Origin: Campylobacter sp.
GTDB taxonomy: Bacteria > Campylobacterota > Campylobacteria > Campylobacterales > Campylobacteraceae
Assembly: GCF_017646085.1 (NCBI RefSeq)
Contig: NZ_JAGCNF010000048.1
Location: 1-49,270, forward strand
Direction: 5' to 3'
DNA: 49,270 nt
The translations under genes were made by a program, and so were the position numbers. Below are positions 9,993 through 20,516 of the stretch, piece by piece. How positions within the stretch are numbered: position 1 is the stretch's first letter; each line of letters begins with the position of its first letter. The notes under the pieces were generated by a model that made no database searches, was not told the origin of the DNA, and saw only the letters and a list, made by a program, of their open reading frames with translations.

Positions 9993-11230
9993 TATTTTGG
10001 CTCGCTATATAGACAACTATACAAGCATGCAATACTAAGCCAATTAAGCTCTTCAAGGCTAGCTATAAACTCATTTAGCTCTTTTTGCTTTAGTGATTTA
10101 ATACGCTCTAAATTTAGATCAAATTCGCCCAAATCATAGCCTTGATAATACTCTTTTTGAGCTATTGCAAGACGCTTAAACATCGTCTCTTTTCTAAGCG
10201 GCTCACTACCAAGCAAGAAATTCCTAGCTGCATTTAACTCTTTTTGAGTTACGCCCTTTTTGACAAATTTAGCAATCTGGCTCTTTATTAGATGTATAGC
10301 TTTATCTTTGTTCTCATTTTTAGTCTGTAAATATCCACTCATTGAATTATAGCTAAGATTTAAATTAGCCGAACAATATACGCTATATGCTAGTCCCTTA
10401 CGGACACGAATCTCCTCCATAAGCCTAGATCCAAATCCACTACTACCTAGAATAAACATTGCTACACTTAGCTTATATCTATCTTCTAAAGCAAATTTAA
10501 GTGGTGAGCCAAAATATATATAAGCCTGCTGGCTTGGTCTAGAAATTATCTCTTCTCTTTGTTCAATACTAACTTCTACAGGACTTAACTCTCTAACCTC
10601 TCCAACTTTTAATACATCAGCTAATCTATCAAATTTAACTCTCTCAAGCGCTATATCACCGCCTAAAACTATAAACATATTTTCTAAATTTAAACTATTT
10701 TCTATAAACTCTTTAATATCGCCAAGCTCAATTTGAGCGATACTTTCAGGTGTGCCGATACTAGGCGTGGCTAAGCGTGAGTTTGGATATAAAATTGCTT
10801 TTAATGCATTGCTTGCTTGATAATCAAAATCACTGTTATTTGAAGCAATTATGCCAAGTGTCTGGGTTTTTAATTTTTTTAGGATATTTTTATCATAATT
10901 TGGCTGAGCTAGTAATTCTAACAGCATATCAAAACCATATTCAAAATGTTCACTTAAACACTCTAAGCTAATTTCAAAAGTCTCATATCCAGCGCTAGCA
11001 CTAAGTAAAATAGCACGCATATCAAGCGCCCTATTAAACTCATTGCTACCTAATCTCTTACTACCTTCACTTAGCAATTCAGCAGCCATTGTAGCTATGC
11101 CATGTTTTTTTTCATTGCAAATTCCAGCCACCTTAAAGACAAGCTTAATTCCAACAAGTGGCAATTCGCTACTATGTTCATAGATTAGCGCAATATCACT
11201 ATTAGCGATTTTTAAATTTAATCTTTCCAC
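9992..11230 (-). CDS. M16-family peptidase, non-catalytic type subunit
   Basis: M16 features (SRLMEEIRVRKGLAYSV) but the HxxEH position reads TMAAELL. Confidence 0.85.
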   Translation of the reverse strand: MERLNLKIANSDIALIYEHSSELPLVGIKLVFKVAGICNEKKHGIATMAAELLSEGSKRLGSNEFNRALDMRAILLSASAGYETFEISLECLSEHFEYGFDMLLELLAQPNYDKNILKKLKTQTLGIIASNNSDFDYQASNALKAILYPNSRLATPSIGTPESIAQIELGDIKEFIENSLNLENMFIVLGGDIALERVKFDRLADVLKVGEVRELSPVEVSIEQREEIISRPSQQAYIYFGSPLKFALEDRYKLSVAMFILGSSGFGSRLMEEIRVRKGLAYSVYCSANLNLSYNSMSGYLQTKNENKDKAIHLIKSQIAKFVKKGVTQKELNAARNFLLGSEPLRKETMFKRLAIAQKEYYQGYDLGEFDLNLERIKSLKQKELNEFIASLEELNWLSIACLYSCLYSEPK

Positions 11231-12672
11231 TATTTTACCTCATTTAGATAGTATTTTATTTGCTCTTTTCTTAAAATTCTTATATAATTTGTACTACCAA
11301 TTTTGCCAGTTGGATAGCCTGCTGTAAGCGTATAGGTGGCTTCATCGCTTATTAAATTTGCATCTTTTAGCCCTTTTATAGTATTGGCTAAAAGTAGATT
11401 TAACTGATTTTGTGGCACAACTAAACTTGGAGTTACACCCCAAACAATAGTCAAACTTCTAGCCACACTCTCATCATGAGTTACAGCAATTATTGGCATA
11501 GTTGGACGATTACGAGCCATCTTAATAGCACTTGAACCGCTACTAGTAATTGAAATAATAGCATTTGCCCCTATCCTTTGAGCTAGATGCGAGCTAGCGC
11601 TTGCTACCATATCAGTTTCATCAGCAAATTCAAACTCATCAAATTTGCCATATGGATACATAAGCTCACTTTGAACTATTGTTGCACTCATAGCTTTTAC
11701 TACTGCGGCTGGATTTATTCCCACAGCACTCTCCTCGCTTAGCATAACAGCATCAGTCCCATCTAATACAGCGTTTGCTACATCGCTTATTTCAGCTCTT
11801 GTTGCACTTTGACTCTTTGCCATTGAGAGCATCATTTGTGTAGCAGTAATTACTGGGCGGTTTGCAGCGTTAGCCTTTTTAATGATTAGCTTTTGAATGG
11901 TTGGAACTTTATAGTATGGCACCTCAATACCAAGATCTCCACGAGCAACCATAATTCCATCACTAGCTTCTATTATGCTATCAATATTTTCAACTGCGTC
12001 AAATTTCTCTATTTTTGCAAATATTTTAGCTGTTGAGTCAAATTCTTTTAAAATCGCTCTAGCATTTATAATATCATTTGCATTTTGCACAAAACTAATA
12101 GCAACAAAATCTACGCCATTTTGCGCTCCAAATAACATATCGGCTCTATCTTTTTGAGTAATAACATCAATATTTAGCTTAGTATTTGGGAAGTTTACAC
12201 CCTTATTTGAGCTTAGTATGCCATCATTTTCTATTACAGTTTCAATCATATCTGGCAGACATTCTACTACCTTTGCCTTAATCATTCCATCATATAAATA
12301 TATATATTCACCCTCTTTTAACAAGGATAAAATTTGGGGCTGATTTATGCTAAGTTCATAAATTTCTCCATTTTTGCGGCCAATTATACTCTCTTTTAAT
12401 ACATTTAATCTATCACCTGCTTTTAACTCAAATGGTTCATTTAATGTACCAATTCTAATTTTTGGCCCACAGATATCTTGAAGTATTCCAACTCTAATTC
12501 CTAGAGCGTTTGAAGCCTCTTTTATCTTAGTAATTGTAGATTGATGATGTTCATGTGTTCCGTGTGAGAAGTTTAGTCTAAATACATTTACTCCCTCTAT
12601 AATTAAGGATTTAATAACCTCAATAGAATCACTAGATGGGCCAATTGTTGCTACGATTTTTGTTTTTTTCAT
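11230..12672 (-). CDS. pyk: Pyruvate kinase
   Basis: KTKIVATIGP, RLNFSHG, MVARGDLG, TATQM; start moved to the ATG at 12672 behind AGGAG (480 aa). Confidence 0.98.
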   Translation of the reverse strand: MKKTKIVATIGPSSDSIEVIKSLIIEGVNVFRLNFSHGTHEHHQSTITKIKEASNALGIRVGILQDICGPKIRIGTLNEPFELKAGDRLNVLKESIIGRKNGEIYELSINQPQILSLLKEGEYIYLYDGMIKAKVVECLPDMIETVIENDGILSSNKGVNFPNTKLNIDVITQKDRADMLFGAQNGVDFVAISFVQNANDIINARAILKEFDSTAKIFAKIEKFDAVENIDSIIEASDGIMVARGDLGIEVPYYKVPTIQKLIIKKANAANRPVITATQMMLSMAKSQSATRAEISDVANAVLDGTDAVMLSEESAVGINPAAVVKAMSATIVQSELMYPYGKFDEFEFADETDMVASASSHLAQRIGANAIISITSSGSSAIKMARNRPTMPIIAVTHDESVARSLTIVWGVTPSLVVPQNQLNLLLANTIKGLKDANLISDEATYTLTAGYPTGKIGSTNYIRILRKEQIKYYLNEVK

Positions 12673-12740
12673 ATTTGCTCCTGATTTTGGCGAGTGTGCC
12701 AAGGATAACTTTAGAAAACTTTTAAGGTATGAAGTAAATT

Positions 12741-12760
12741 TAGGCGGATTTCTCCGCCTG
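12741..12760 (-). terminator. Hairpin downstream of mqo (possible terminator)
   Basis: AGGCGGA-TTTC-TCCGCCT inverted repeat right after the mqo stop; weak U tract. Confidence 0.55.
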
Positions 12761-12763
12761 ATA

Positions 12764-14110
12764 TTAGTCAAATAGCTCTTCGTTTAGCTTAGCTTCGTTG
12801 AAGTTTCTACCTAGATATTCGCAAACCTCACGCACATCTCTTAAAGCATTGCCAAGACAGCTAGTAGCCCCTGGACTTGGTGTCATATTAAAGATTATAC
12901 CAGTTTTTGGATTAATACTCGCCTCGCCTAGCATTAGCTTTTTCTCAGTTTTATTTAAAACTTGTGGGCGAACGCCGCCAAAGCCTTTGGCATAATAGAT
13001 ATCATTTGTAGTTAGGCTTGGGACAATTTTTCTAGCATCTTTTACAAATAACTTTTTATTAAGATATGGTACTTCAAATAAGAAATTGCGTAAGATGTAG
13101 TTACGAATTTCGCTATCTTTAAATAGGTCAAACAAGATACCAGCAATAGCTGTGTCAAAATTTAAAGTCTTACAAAAGTCAAGGAAGCTACCCCAATTCT
13201 CATGATATCTCTCAAGCTTAGGTAATGCAAGTGCTGTTGGTCCAAATCTTGTACAACCATCAGCTAAGATATCTGGGTCACCATGAAGCGCAGCAAATGG
13301 AAGTTTTGGATTTTGCACCATATAAACTTTACCATTTAGAAGTTTTTGCTTAGTTAAATAGAAACTTCCAGCTACTGGCAAGCAACCAAAGTCTAAACCA
13401 TAGCCCATTTTATGTGCTAAATATAGTGAATGAGCACCAGCATTTACTACGACAAAATCAGCACTAATTGATAAACCATTTGCGGTTTGGATATAGAATT
13501 TATCACCATTGCGATAAATTTCATCTACTCTTGAGTTTAAATATACATCGCATTCGCTTTTATCTTTTTTAGCATTTTCTATAAATGTAGTTGTAAATGC
13601 ACCATAATCAACTGTAGTATATTCTCCGCTTTTTACACCCATACCAACTACATTTTCAGCCCTATGAGTGCCATCACTATTTAAAATAATTTTTGGCTCA
13701 ATTTTAGCTAATTCAGCCTTATCATAAAACTCCAAATATGGATAAAGCTCTTTAAATTCCTCATATCTATTTTTAATATAATCTACTTCGACATCGCCTA
13801 CGCCAATTGCCATTTTTTGACCATCAAACATATATTTACCTTGATAGCCGTGTTGTAAACCGTATTTTACTACCATTCTAGCAGTTTTGCTTACCTTTTG
13901 AGCCTTTTCAAATGTATAGTTTGTCTCTATATCACCACAATGTACAGTCTGCGAATTAGCTGTTCCTTTTGAATTTAGCGTGGCAAGACCGCCGTACTTT
14001 TCTACTAATGCAATACTTTTAACATCTGTATATCTTGCTAATTCATATAGTAGCGCACCACCACTGATACCACCACCGACTATCACCACCTCGTAGTGTT
14101 TTTCTTTCAT
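12764..14110 (-). CDS. mqo: Malate:quinone oxidoreductase (epsilonproteobacterial type)
   Basis: FAD-binding IVGGGISG, NSQTVHCGDIETNY, C-terminal TPSPGAT; 448 aa; adjacent to pyk. Confidence 0.92.
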   Translation of the reverse strand: MKEKHYEVVIVGGGISGGALLYELARYTDVKSIALVEKYGGLATLNSKGTANSQTVHCGDIETNYTFEKAQKVSKTARMVVKYGLQHGYQGKYMFDGQKMAIGVGDVEVDYIKNRYEEFKELYPYLEFYDKAELAKIEPKIILNSDGTHRAENVVGMGVKSGEYTTVDYGAFTTTFIENAKKDKSECDVYLNSRVDEIYRNGDKFYIQTANGLSISADFVVVNAGAHSLYLAHKMGYGLDFGCLPVAGSFYLTKQKLLNGKVYMVQNPKLPFAALHGDPDILADGCTRFGPTALALPKLERYHENWGSFLDFCKTLNFDTAIAGILFDLFKDSEIRNYILRNFLFEVPYLNKKLFVKDARKIVPSLTTNDIYYAKGFGGVRPQVLNKTEKKLMLGEASINPKTGIIFNMTPSPGATSCLGNALRDVREVCEYLGRNFNEAKLNEELFD

Positions 14111-14233
14111 CCTTAACTCCTAAGACAATTTTTGAATTCCGTAGTATATATTAATAAAACTTAAAGATAACAAAAGAAAAATAGTAAATTACAATATTTA
14201 TAAATTTATCAGTTTATATGTTACAAATTTACT

Positions 14234-15235
14234 CTAGTAAATATTAAATTTTTCTTTTGTTGTCTCTTTATCAAATCCGCTAGCAATACAAAGCATTAAA
14301 AGCACTCTAGCCTTTTGTGCATTAAGCGAATCACTAAGGATAAAATTTAGCTTATTAAAATCTAACTCATCTCCACTAATTATACCACTATTCGTACGGC
14401 TTGAGATTACTACTATCGCTCCTTTGGAAGTTGCGAATTTTAGCGCATGAAGCATATTTGGACTTAGATTGCCATTGCCAAGAGCTGCGCAGATTATACC
14501 CTTTGCACCTAAATTTAAAGCGCTATATACAGCCTCACCGCTAGCCCCTGCGTAATCATAGACTATATCTACGCATGGCAAATTTTGCAAGCCTGATAGA
14601 TCTTCGCAAATTTTAGTACTAAATTCGCTGCGCATCGTATGGCGTCTAAGACTTTTGGTATAAAATACCGCCTTGCCATAATGTACAATTCCACATTTAC
14701 CGCAATTTGGTGAAGTAAAGGCATTTAATGCTGTTGTATTTGCTTTTGTAATCTCGCGAGCTAGGTGAATCTCATCATTTATCACCACCAGCACACCCAT
14801 ATTAGCACTATTTTTACAAGCTGCAACACTTATAGCATTATATAAATTCATCGCTCCATCGCTACTTAAGGAGTTTGCGCTTCGCATAGCTGCAGTTATT
14901 ACCACTGGTTTTTGGCCTTTTATGGTTAAAGTTAAAAAATACCCACTCTCTTCAAGCGTATCAGTTCCATGGGTTATAACTAACGCATCTATTTTATCGT
15001 TAGCTAATAACTCATTTGCTCTATGTGAGAGTTTAAGCCAAATTTTTTCATTCATATCTTGAGAGCCGATATTGCAAATCTGTTCTGCACTAATATCAGC
15101 AATACTTTTTAACTCATTAAATTCGCTTAAAATCTCATTAATACCAAATTTGGCACTCTCATATATTGAATTTATCGGCCCAGTACTAGCACCAGCGATT
15201 GTTCCACCAGTAGCTAAGATTGCTATCTTTTTCAC
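14234..15235 (-). CDS. L-asparaginase (type II-like, no signal peptide)
   Basis: ATGGTIAG, NIGSQDM and HGTDTLEE motifs. Confidence 0.93.
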   Translation of the reverse strand: MKKIAILATGGTIAGASTGPINSIYESAKFGINEILSEFNELKSIADISAEQICNIGSQDMNEKIWLKLSHRANELLANDKIDALVITHGTDTLEESGYFLTLTIKGQKPVVITAAMRSANSLSSDGAMNLYNAISVAACKNSANMGVLVVINDEIHLAREITKANTTALNAFTSPNCGKCGIVHYGKAVFYTKSLRRHTMRSEFSTKICEDLSGLQNLPCVDIVYDYAGASGEAVYSALNLGAKGIICAALGNGNLSPNMLHALKFATSKGAIVVISSRTNSGIISGDELDFNKLNFILSDSLNAQKARVLLMLCIASGFDKETTKEKFNIY

Positions 15236-16530
15236 TGCGTATCTATCTCATCGTAGCTTTGAGTATATGGCAAAGTTTTTGAAGTTTTTGCCCCAAGCTT
15301 TTTTAGCATTTCAAATTTACTTATTAAATTTCCACGCCCTTGATAAAGCGTAATTTTACCATCTTCAATAACCTTACTCATAGCAATTATTTGATTTTCT
15401 AATCTCTCATAATTTTTAATAAATACATCAAATTTATCATATATTTTTCCAGCTTCGGCAAAGATTTTCATTGCATTCTCATCGCTTTTTAAATTTCGCC
15501 AACATATATAGACAGTTTTTAGCGCCATAAGAAGTGTAAGTGGAGTAGTTATAAATACACCTTTTTCATAGGCATATTCATATAAACTACTATCAGCGCC
15601 AAGTCCTACAAACAGCATATTATCATTAGGAATAAACATAAATACATACTCATAATTTTTACTATCTAAAAGTGTGTAATTTTTAGAACTTAAATTATCA
15701 ATATGATTTTTTATATCCTTTGCCAAGGCTTTAGCATAAGCCTCTTTGGTGCTATCATCTGTAGCATTATGGTATTCATTATAATTAACCAATGAGCATT
15801 TAGCGTCTATTATCGCATGCTTGCTTTCATCAAATTTAACTACCACATCTAGATATTTTTGATTTCCATTTTCATCTTTGCAAGCTACTTGCCTATCATA
15901 GTTTTGACCCAAAATCAACCCACTACTTTGCAATACACTATCAAGCTGAATTTCTCCCCAGTTACCAAGTAGTTTTTTATTACTCTTTAATGCATCGGCT
16001 AAATTTTGTGCTTGCGTCATCACCCCTTTTGTTTCACTTTTTAAATTTTCAAAATTTACTTTAAAGGCGCTATTTATCTCTATATTTGACTTTTGATATT
16101 TACTTATCTCATCTTTTAAAGGAGTGATTAAACTCTCTAAAATCTTAGCTGAACTCTCAGTCATCTCTTTGCTACTTAAATTTAGCAAATTCTCGCTCAT
16201 CTGTTTAGTTTTTAGATCAAAATACTCCCTAGTTTTACTATCTAACTCATCTTGACGAGCTTTTAGTTGAGCATTTGTCTCATTTGCATTTTCTAATTTT
16301 GTTGTTAATTCTGTAATCTTTTGTATATTTTGTATATTTTTCTCTTGAAGCTCTTTATTTTCATCTTTTGCGCTATTTAACTCTTGCTCTTTTATATTTA
16401 AATTTGCATTTAAATCACTAAATCTTTGACCTAAAGCACTTAATTGACTACTCTTTTTAAATAGCATAAATCCTAACCAAAAGCTTGCGCTAGCAATTAC
16501 TGCAACCACCCCACTTAAAATCTCAACCAT
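15232..16530 (-). CDS. rmuC: DNA recombination protein RmuC
   Basis: N-terminal TM, coiled coil, GNWGEIQL, IIDAK, TPLTL; ATG at 16530 preceded by GGAGG. Confidence 0.93.
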   Translation of the reverse strand: MVEILSGVVAVIASASFWLGFMLFKKSSQLSALGQRFSDLNANLNIKEQELNSAKDENKELQEKNIQNIQKITELTTKLENANETNAQLKARQDELDSKTREYFDLKTKQMSENLLNLSSKEMTESSAKILESLITPLKDEISKYQKSNIEINSAFKVNFENLKSETKGVMTQAQNLADALKSNKKLLGNWGEIQLDSVLQSSGLILGQNYDRQVACKDENGNQKYLDVVVKFDESKHAIIDAKCSLVNYNEYHNATDDSTKEAYAKALAKDIKNHIDNLSSKNYTLLDSKNYEYVFMFIPNDNMLFVGLGADSSLYEYAYEKGVFITTPLTLLMALKTVYICWRNLKSDENAMKIFAEAGKIYDKFDVFIKNYERLENQIIAMSKVIEDGKITLYQGRGNLISKFEMLKKLGAKTSKTLPYTQSYDEIDTQ

Positions 16531-16575
16531 CGCATCCTCCATATAAGAAAAAGCATAAGCCTTTTCTTATTAAAT

Positions 16576-16785
16576 TTATATTTTTTTAAGGAATTCGCAT
16601 TTTAGAACTACTGTCCCAACGCCATTTATTTTGCACTCTACTTCGCTATCTTTACTAGTTAGCTTGATATTTTTAATTGTTGTGCCACGTTTAATAGTAC
16701 TGCTTGCGCCTTTGACTTTTAAATCTTTAATAACTGTAACGCTATCGCCTGCGTTTAACTCTGTACCATTTGAATCTTTTGCCAT
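16576..16785 (-). CDS. PhnA/YjdM C-terminal domain protein
   Basis: KDSNGTELNAGDSVTVIKDLKVKG...IKRGTTIKNIKL...LKCEFLKK. Confidence 0.9.
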   Translation of the reverse strand: MAKDSNGTELNAGDSVTVIKDLKVKGASSTIKRGTTIKNIKLTSKDSEVECKINGVGTVVLKCEFLKKI

Positions 16786-16906
16786 ATTCTCTCCCTTAGT
16801 TGAATTAAGAACAAATTATAGCTAGTTAATGCTTAAATTTCGCAACCTAAAAATGATAAATTTGGATATAAAATTTATTCTAAATTTAATAAATTTAGTA
16901 AATTTA

Positions 16907-16915
16907 TGATACAAT
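16907..16915 (+). promoter_or_regulatory. Extended -10 sigma70 promoter element for alaS
   Basis: TGaTACAAT about 30 nt upstream of the alaS ATG. Confidence 0.5.
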
Positions 16916-16945
16916 CTAGCCATTTTTTTAAATAGGATAGAATCT

Positions 16946-19480
16946 ATGGATATTAGAAAAGAGTATTTAGAGTTTTTTAAAAGCAAAGGACACGAAGTAG
17001 TTGCCTCTTCAGCCTTGGTTCCTGATGATGCAACCTTGCTTTTTACAAACGCTGGAATGGTTCCATTTAAGAGCATATTTACTGGGGATGTACCACGCCC
17101 TAATCCACCAATTCGTACTAGTTGCCAAACATGCATTAGAGCTGGAGGCAAACACAATGATTTAGATAATGTAGGCTATACAGCTAGGCACCATACATTT
17201 TTTGAAATGCTTGGTAATTTTAGTTTTGGTGAATATTTTAAAACTGAAGCAATTGCCTATGCATGGGAGTTTGTAACTGAAGTTTTAAAGCTTCCAAAAG
17301 ATAGATTATATGTAACCGTGCATGAAAATGATGATGAAGCTTATGAAATTTGGCAAAAACATATCCAAAAAGAGAGAATTTATAAATTTGGTGATAAAGA
17401 TAACTTCTGGGCAATGGGAGATACTGGACCGTGTGGACCATGTAGCGAGATATTTTATGACCAAGGCGCTGAACATTTTAATAGTGATGAAGATTATATG
17501 GGTGGCGATGGCGATAGATTTTTAGAAATTTGGAATCTTGTATTTATGCAGTTTGAAAGAAGTAGCGATGGAACTATGACGCCACTACCAAAACCTAGCA
17601 TCGATACTGGAATGGGACTTGAGAGGGTTACAGCTATTAAAGAGGGCAAATTTAGTAATTATGATAGCTCGCTATTTATGCCACTTATTAATGAAGTAGC
17701 CAAAATTGCAAATGTAGCTTATGAGTATGAAAGCGGTGCAAGCTTTAGAGTTATTAGCGATCATATCAGATCGGTTGTATTTTTGCTAGCTCAAGGCGTA
17801 AATTTCGACAAAGAAGGACGTGGATATGTCCTTAGAAGAATTCTAAGACGAGCCCTAAGACATGGATATCTTCTTGGCATAAAAGAGCCATTTATGTATA
17901 GACTTGTAGATAAAGTAGTAGAATTAATGGGTGGTCACTATGAATATTTAAATGAGAAAAAAGAGTATGTAAAAGAGTTGATTAAACTTGAAGAAGAGAG
18001 ATTTTTAGCTACTATTGCTGCTGGATTAGATCTATTTAATGAAGAACTTGCTAAAACTAAAGATATTTTTAGTGGGGAAGTAGCGTTTAAGCTTTATGAT
18101 ACTTATGGTTTTCCACTAGATCTAACTGCAGATATGTTAAGAGAAAAAGGCTTAAGTGTAGATGCTGCTAAATTTGATACTTTAATGAGTGAGCAAAAAG
18201 CAAGAGCAAAAGCTAGCTGGAAAGGAAGTGGTGATGCGGCTAAGGAGAGTGGGGATTTTAAAGAACTACTTGAAAAATTTGGCAAAAATGAATTTATTGG
18301 ATATGACAGCCTAAGCTCGACTAGCCATGTTCTAGCTCTGCTTAATGACGAATTTAAAATCACCAATAAATTAAGCACTGGCGAGAGTGGATATATAATG
18401 CTTGATAAAACTCCATTTTATGCTCAAAGCGGTGGACAGTGTGGAGATAGTGGCAAAATAAATGATAACAAAGTTTTAGATACTAAAAAATATTTTGAAC
18501 TAAATTTAAGCCAAATTCAAGTAAGTTCTACTATTAATGTAGGTGACGAAGTAGAGTGCAAAGTAAGCCCAAATAGATTAGAAATCCGTCGTCACCACTC
18601 AGCCACACACCTACTTCACGCAGCACTTAGAAGTGTTTTAGGCTCACATATATCTCAAGCTGGAAGTAGCGTAGAGGCTGATAAATTAAGATTTGACTTT
18701 AGCCATCCAAAACCTGTAAGTAGTGATGAGTTAGTCCAAATTGAAAAAGTTGTAAATGACCAAATCCAAGCAGGCGCTAAAGCAAAAGTAGAAATAATGG
18801 ATATAAACTCAGCTAAAAATAGTGGAGCTATAGCACTCTTTGGTGAAAAATATAGTGATGAAGTGCGAGTTTTAACTTTAGGCTGTTCTAAGGAGCTATG
18901 TGGTGGCACTCATGTTGAAAATATCAATGAAATAGGTAGCTTTTTTATCACCAAAGAGAGCGGTGTAAGTGCTGGAGTTAGGCGTATTGAGGCGGTTTGT
19001 TCTCGTGCTGCGCTAAACTACGCAAATGAGCTAAGAAACGAGCTTGAAGAGATTAAAGCTAGTTTAAAAGGCGCTAGTCCAATTGCTGCTATTGCTAAGC
19101 TAAAAGATGAGATAAAATCTCTTCAAAATGAGATAAAAAATACTAATTCATCAGTAGAACTAGATTCTAAGCTTATAAATGGCATTAATGTAGTTGTTGA
19201 TGAATTTAATGGTGATATCAAGGCAAAAATTGATGAAATAAAAAACAAATTTGATAGTGTTGTAATATTTTTAGCTAGCGCCAAAGATGGCAAGGTAATG
19301 CTAGCAGCTGGATCTAAAAATTGCAATATAAAAGCTGGAGAATTAGTAAAAGCAATTGCCCCAATTGTAGGCGGAGGCGGAGGCGGAAGAGATGACTTTG
19401 CCACTGCTGGAGGCAAAGATATAAGCAAAATATCAAATGCCCTAGAAGAAGCTAACAAATTAATTAAGAGTAAACTTTGA
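16946..19480 (+). CDS. alaS: Alanine--tRNA ligase
   Basis: [44 protein letters not shown]. Confidence 0.99.
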   Translation: MDIRKEYLEFFKSKGHEVVASSALVPDDATLLFTNAGMVPFKSIFTGDVPRPNPPIRTSCQTCIRAGGKHNDLDNVGYTARHHTFFEMLGNFSFGEYFKTEAIAYAWEFVTEVLKLPKDRLYVTVHENDDEAYEIWQKHIQKERIYKFGDKDNFWAMGDTGPCGPCSEIFYDQGAEHFNSDEDYMGGDGDRFLEIWNLVFMQFERSSDGTMTPLPKPSIDTGMGLERVTAIKEGKFSNYDSSLFMPLINEVAKIANVAYEYESGASFRVISDHIRSVVFLLAQGVNFDKEGRGYVLRRILRRALRHGYLLGIKEPFMYRLVDKVVELMGGHYEYLNEKKEYVKELIKLEEERFLATIAAGLDLFNEELAKTKDIFSGEVAFKLYDTYGFPLDLTADMLREKGLSVDAAKFDTLMSEQKARAKASWKGSGDAAKESGDFKELLEKFGKNEFIGYDSLSSTSHVLALLNDEFKITNKLSTGESGYIMLDKTPFYAQSGGQCGDSGKINDNKVLDTKKYFELNLSQIQVSSTINVGDEVECKVSPNRLEIRRHHSATHLLHAALRSVLGSHISQAGSSVEADKLRFDFSHPKPVSSDELVQIEKVVNDQIQAGAKAKVEIMDINSAKNSGAIALFGEKYSDEVRVLTLGCSKELCGGTHVENINEIGSFFITKESGVSAGVRRIEAVCSRAALNYANELRNELEEIKASLKGASPIAAIAKLKDEIKSLQNEIKNTNSSVELDSKLINGINVVVDEFNGDIKAKIDEIKNKFDSVVIFLASAKDGKVMLAAGSKNCNIKAGELVKAIAPIVGGGGGGRDDFATAGGKDISKISNALEEANKLIKSKL

Positions 19481-19974
19481 ACGCTTTAAATAGTTCATTT
19501 GCTAGACTTGACCAGATTGCGCCATTTATGCATATTAGCGTTGCGGCGCTTTTTATTGCTTTACAGATTACAGTGGTAGTTTGTGGTCATTACTGCTTTA
19601 GGGATATTGAGCAAAATCCACATCGCTATAAGCTAATTTTAAAAGAATTTAATAAATTTCTTTTTAGTGCCTTAGCGATAGTGGCATTTTTAGGATTTGG
19701 CGGTATGTTTATGTCTTATGGAGAACGATTTCCAATTGGCGATCCGATGGTCGAAGCAATTGTTAAAACTAAGCTAGCAATTTTAGCATTTATTGGGGCA
19801 AATTTAGCATATATTTGGTATAAATTTCGTCAAGCCAAAGAGGCGTTTTTAAAAGATGATATGCTTATGAGTCATGAAAATTTAGTTTTGATAATATATT
19901 ATTTTACCCCTTTAAATATCGTTTTATCGTTTATTAATATCTATCTTGGTGTTACTTTTAGAGGATTTTTATGA
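19477..19974 (+). CDS. Uncharacterised integral membrane protein (about 4 TM)
   Basis: Four hydrophobic stretches; TTG start overlaps the alaS stop and its own stop overlaps the maf start. Confidence 0.75.
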   Translation: MNALNSSFARLDQIAPFMHISVAALFIALQITVVVCGHYCFRDIEQNPHRYKLILKEFNKFLFSALAIVAFLGFGGMFMSYGERFPIGDPMVEAIVKTKLAILAFIGANLAYIWYKFRQAKEAFLKDDMLMSHENLVLIIYYFTPLNIVLSFINIYLGVTFRGFL

Positions 19975-20516
19975 TAGTTTTAGCATCTAGCTCAGCTAGT
20001 AGAGCGATGATTTTGCGTGAATATGGTGTTGAGTTTATTCAAGTTAGCCTAGATTATGATGAAGAATTTGATACAAATTTACCACCAGCAAAATATGCTA
20101 TGAGTATCGTAAATAACAAAGCAAAGCAATTTTTTGATAAATTTAAAAACCAGTATGAGCGTGTTCTTTTTGCTGATAGTAGCGTAGCAGCTTGTGGAAA
20201 AATTCTTGGTAAGGCTACAGATGAAGCACACGCTAGATATATGCTAGAGTTGCAAAGCGGAAATTTGACTAGCGTCTATACTGCTATGAAGTTTATTAGC
20301 TCAAATATCTCTATTGATATGCTAAGTATTGCAAGCTATAAATTTGCTAAATTTAATTCATCTCATTTAGATGAATACATAGCTAGCGGATTATGGAAAG
20401 ATAAAGCTGGAGCGATGATGATAGAAGGATTTAATAAAATATATATAGAACAAGAAAGCGGCAACAAACCCACAGCCATGGGGCTAGATATTATAAATTT
20501 AAAGGCATTTTTATGA
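19971..20516 (+). CDS. maf: Maf-family nucleoside triphosphate pyrophosphatase
   Basis: IVLASSS.SR, ADS..., ILGK, KAGA. Confidence 0.92.
   Translation: MIVLASSSASRAMILREYGVEFIQVSLDYDEEFDTNLPPAKYAMSIVNNKAKQFFDKFKNQYERVLFADSSVAACGKILGKATDEAHARYMLELQSGNLTSVYTAMKFISSNISIDMLSIASYKFAKFNSSHLDEYIASGLWKDKAGAMMIEGFNKIYIEQESGNKPTAMGLDIINLKAFL

Noticed and set aside
12673-12771. 33-aa N-terminal extension on pyruvate kinase in the ORF track
   Set aside because: It runs through the mqo terminator hairpin. A good RBS precedes ATG 12672, which gives the normal 480 aa.
16822-19458. Minus-strand ORFs overlapping alaS
   Set aside because: Antisense shadow ORFs with no independent coding signal.
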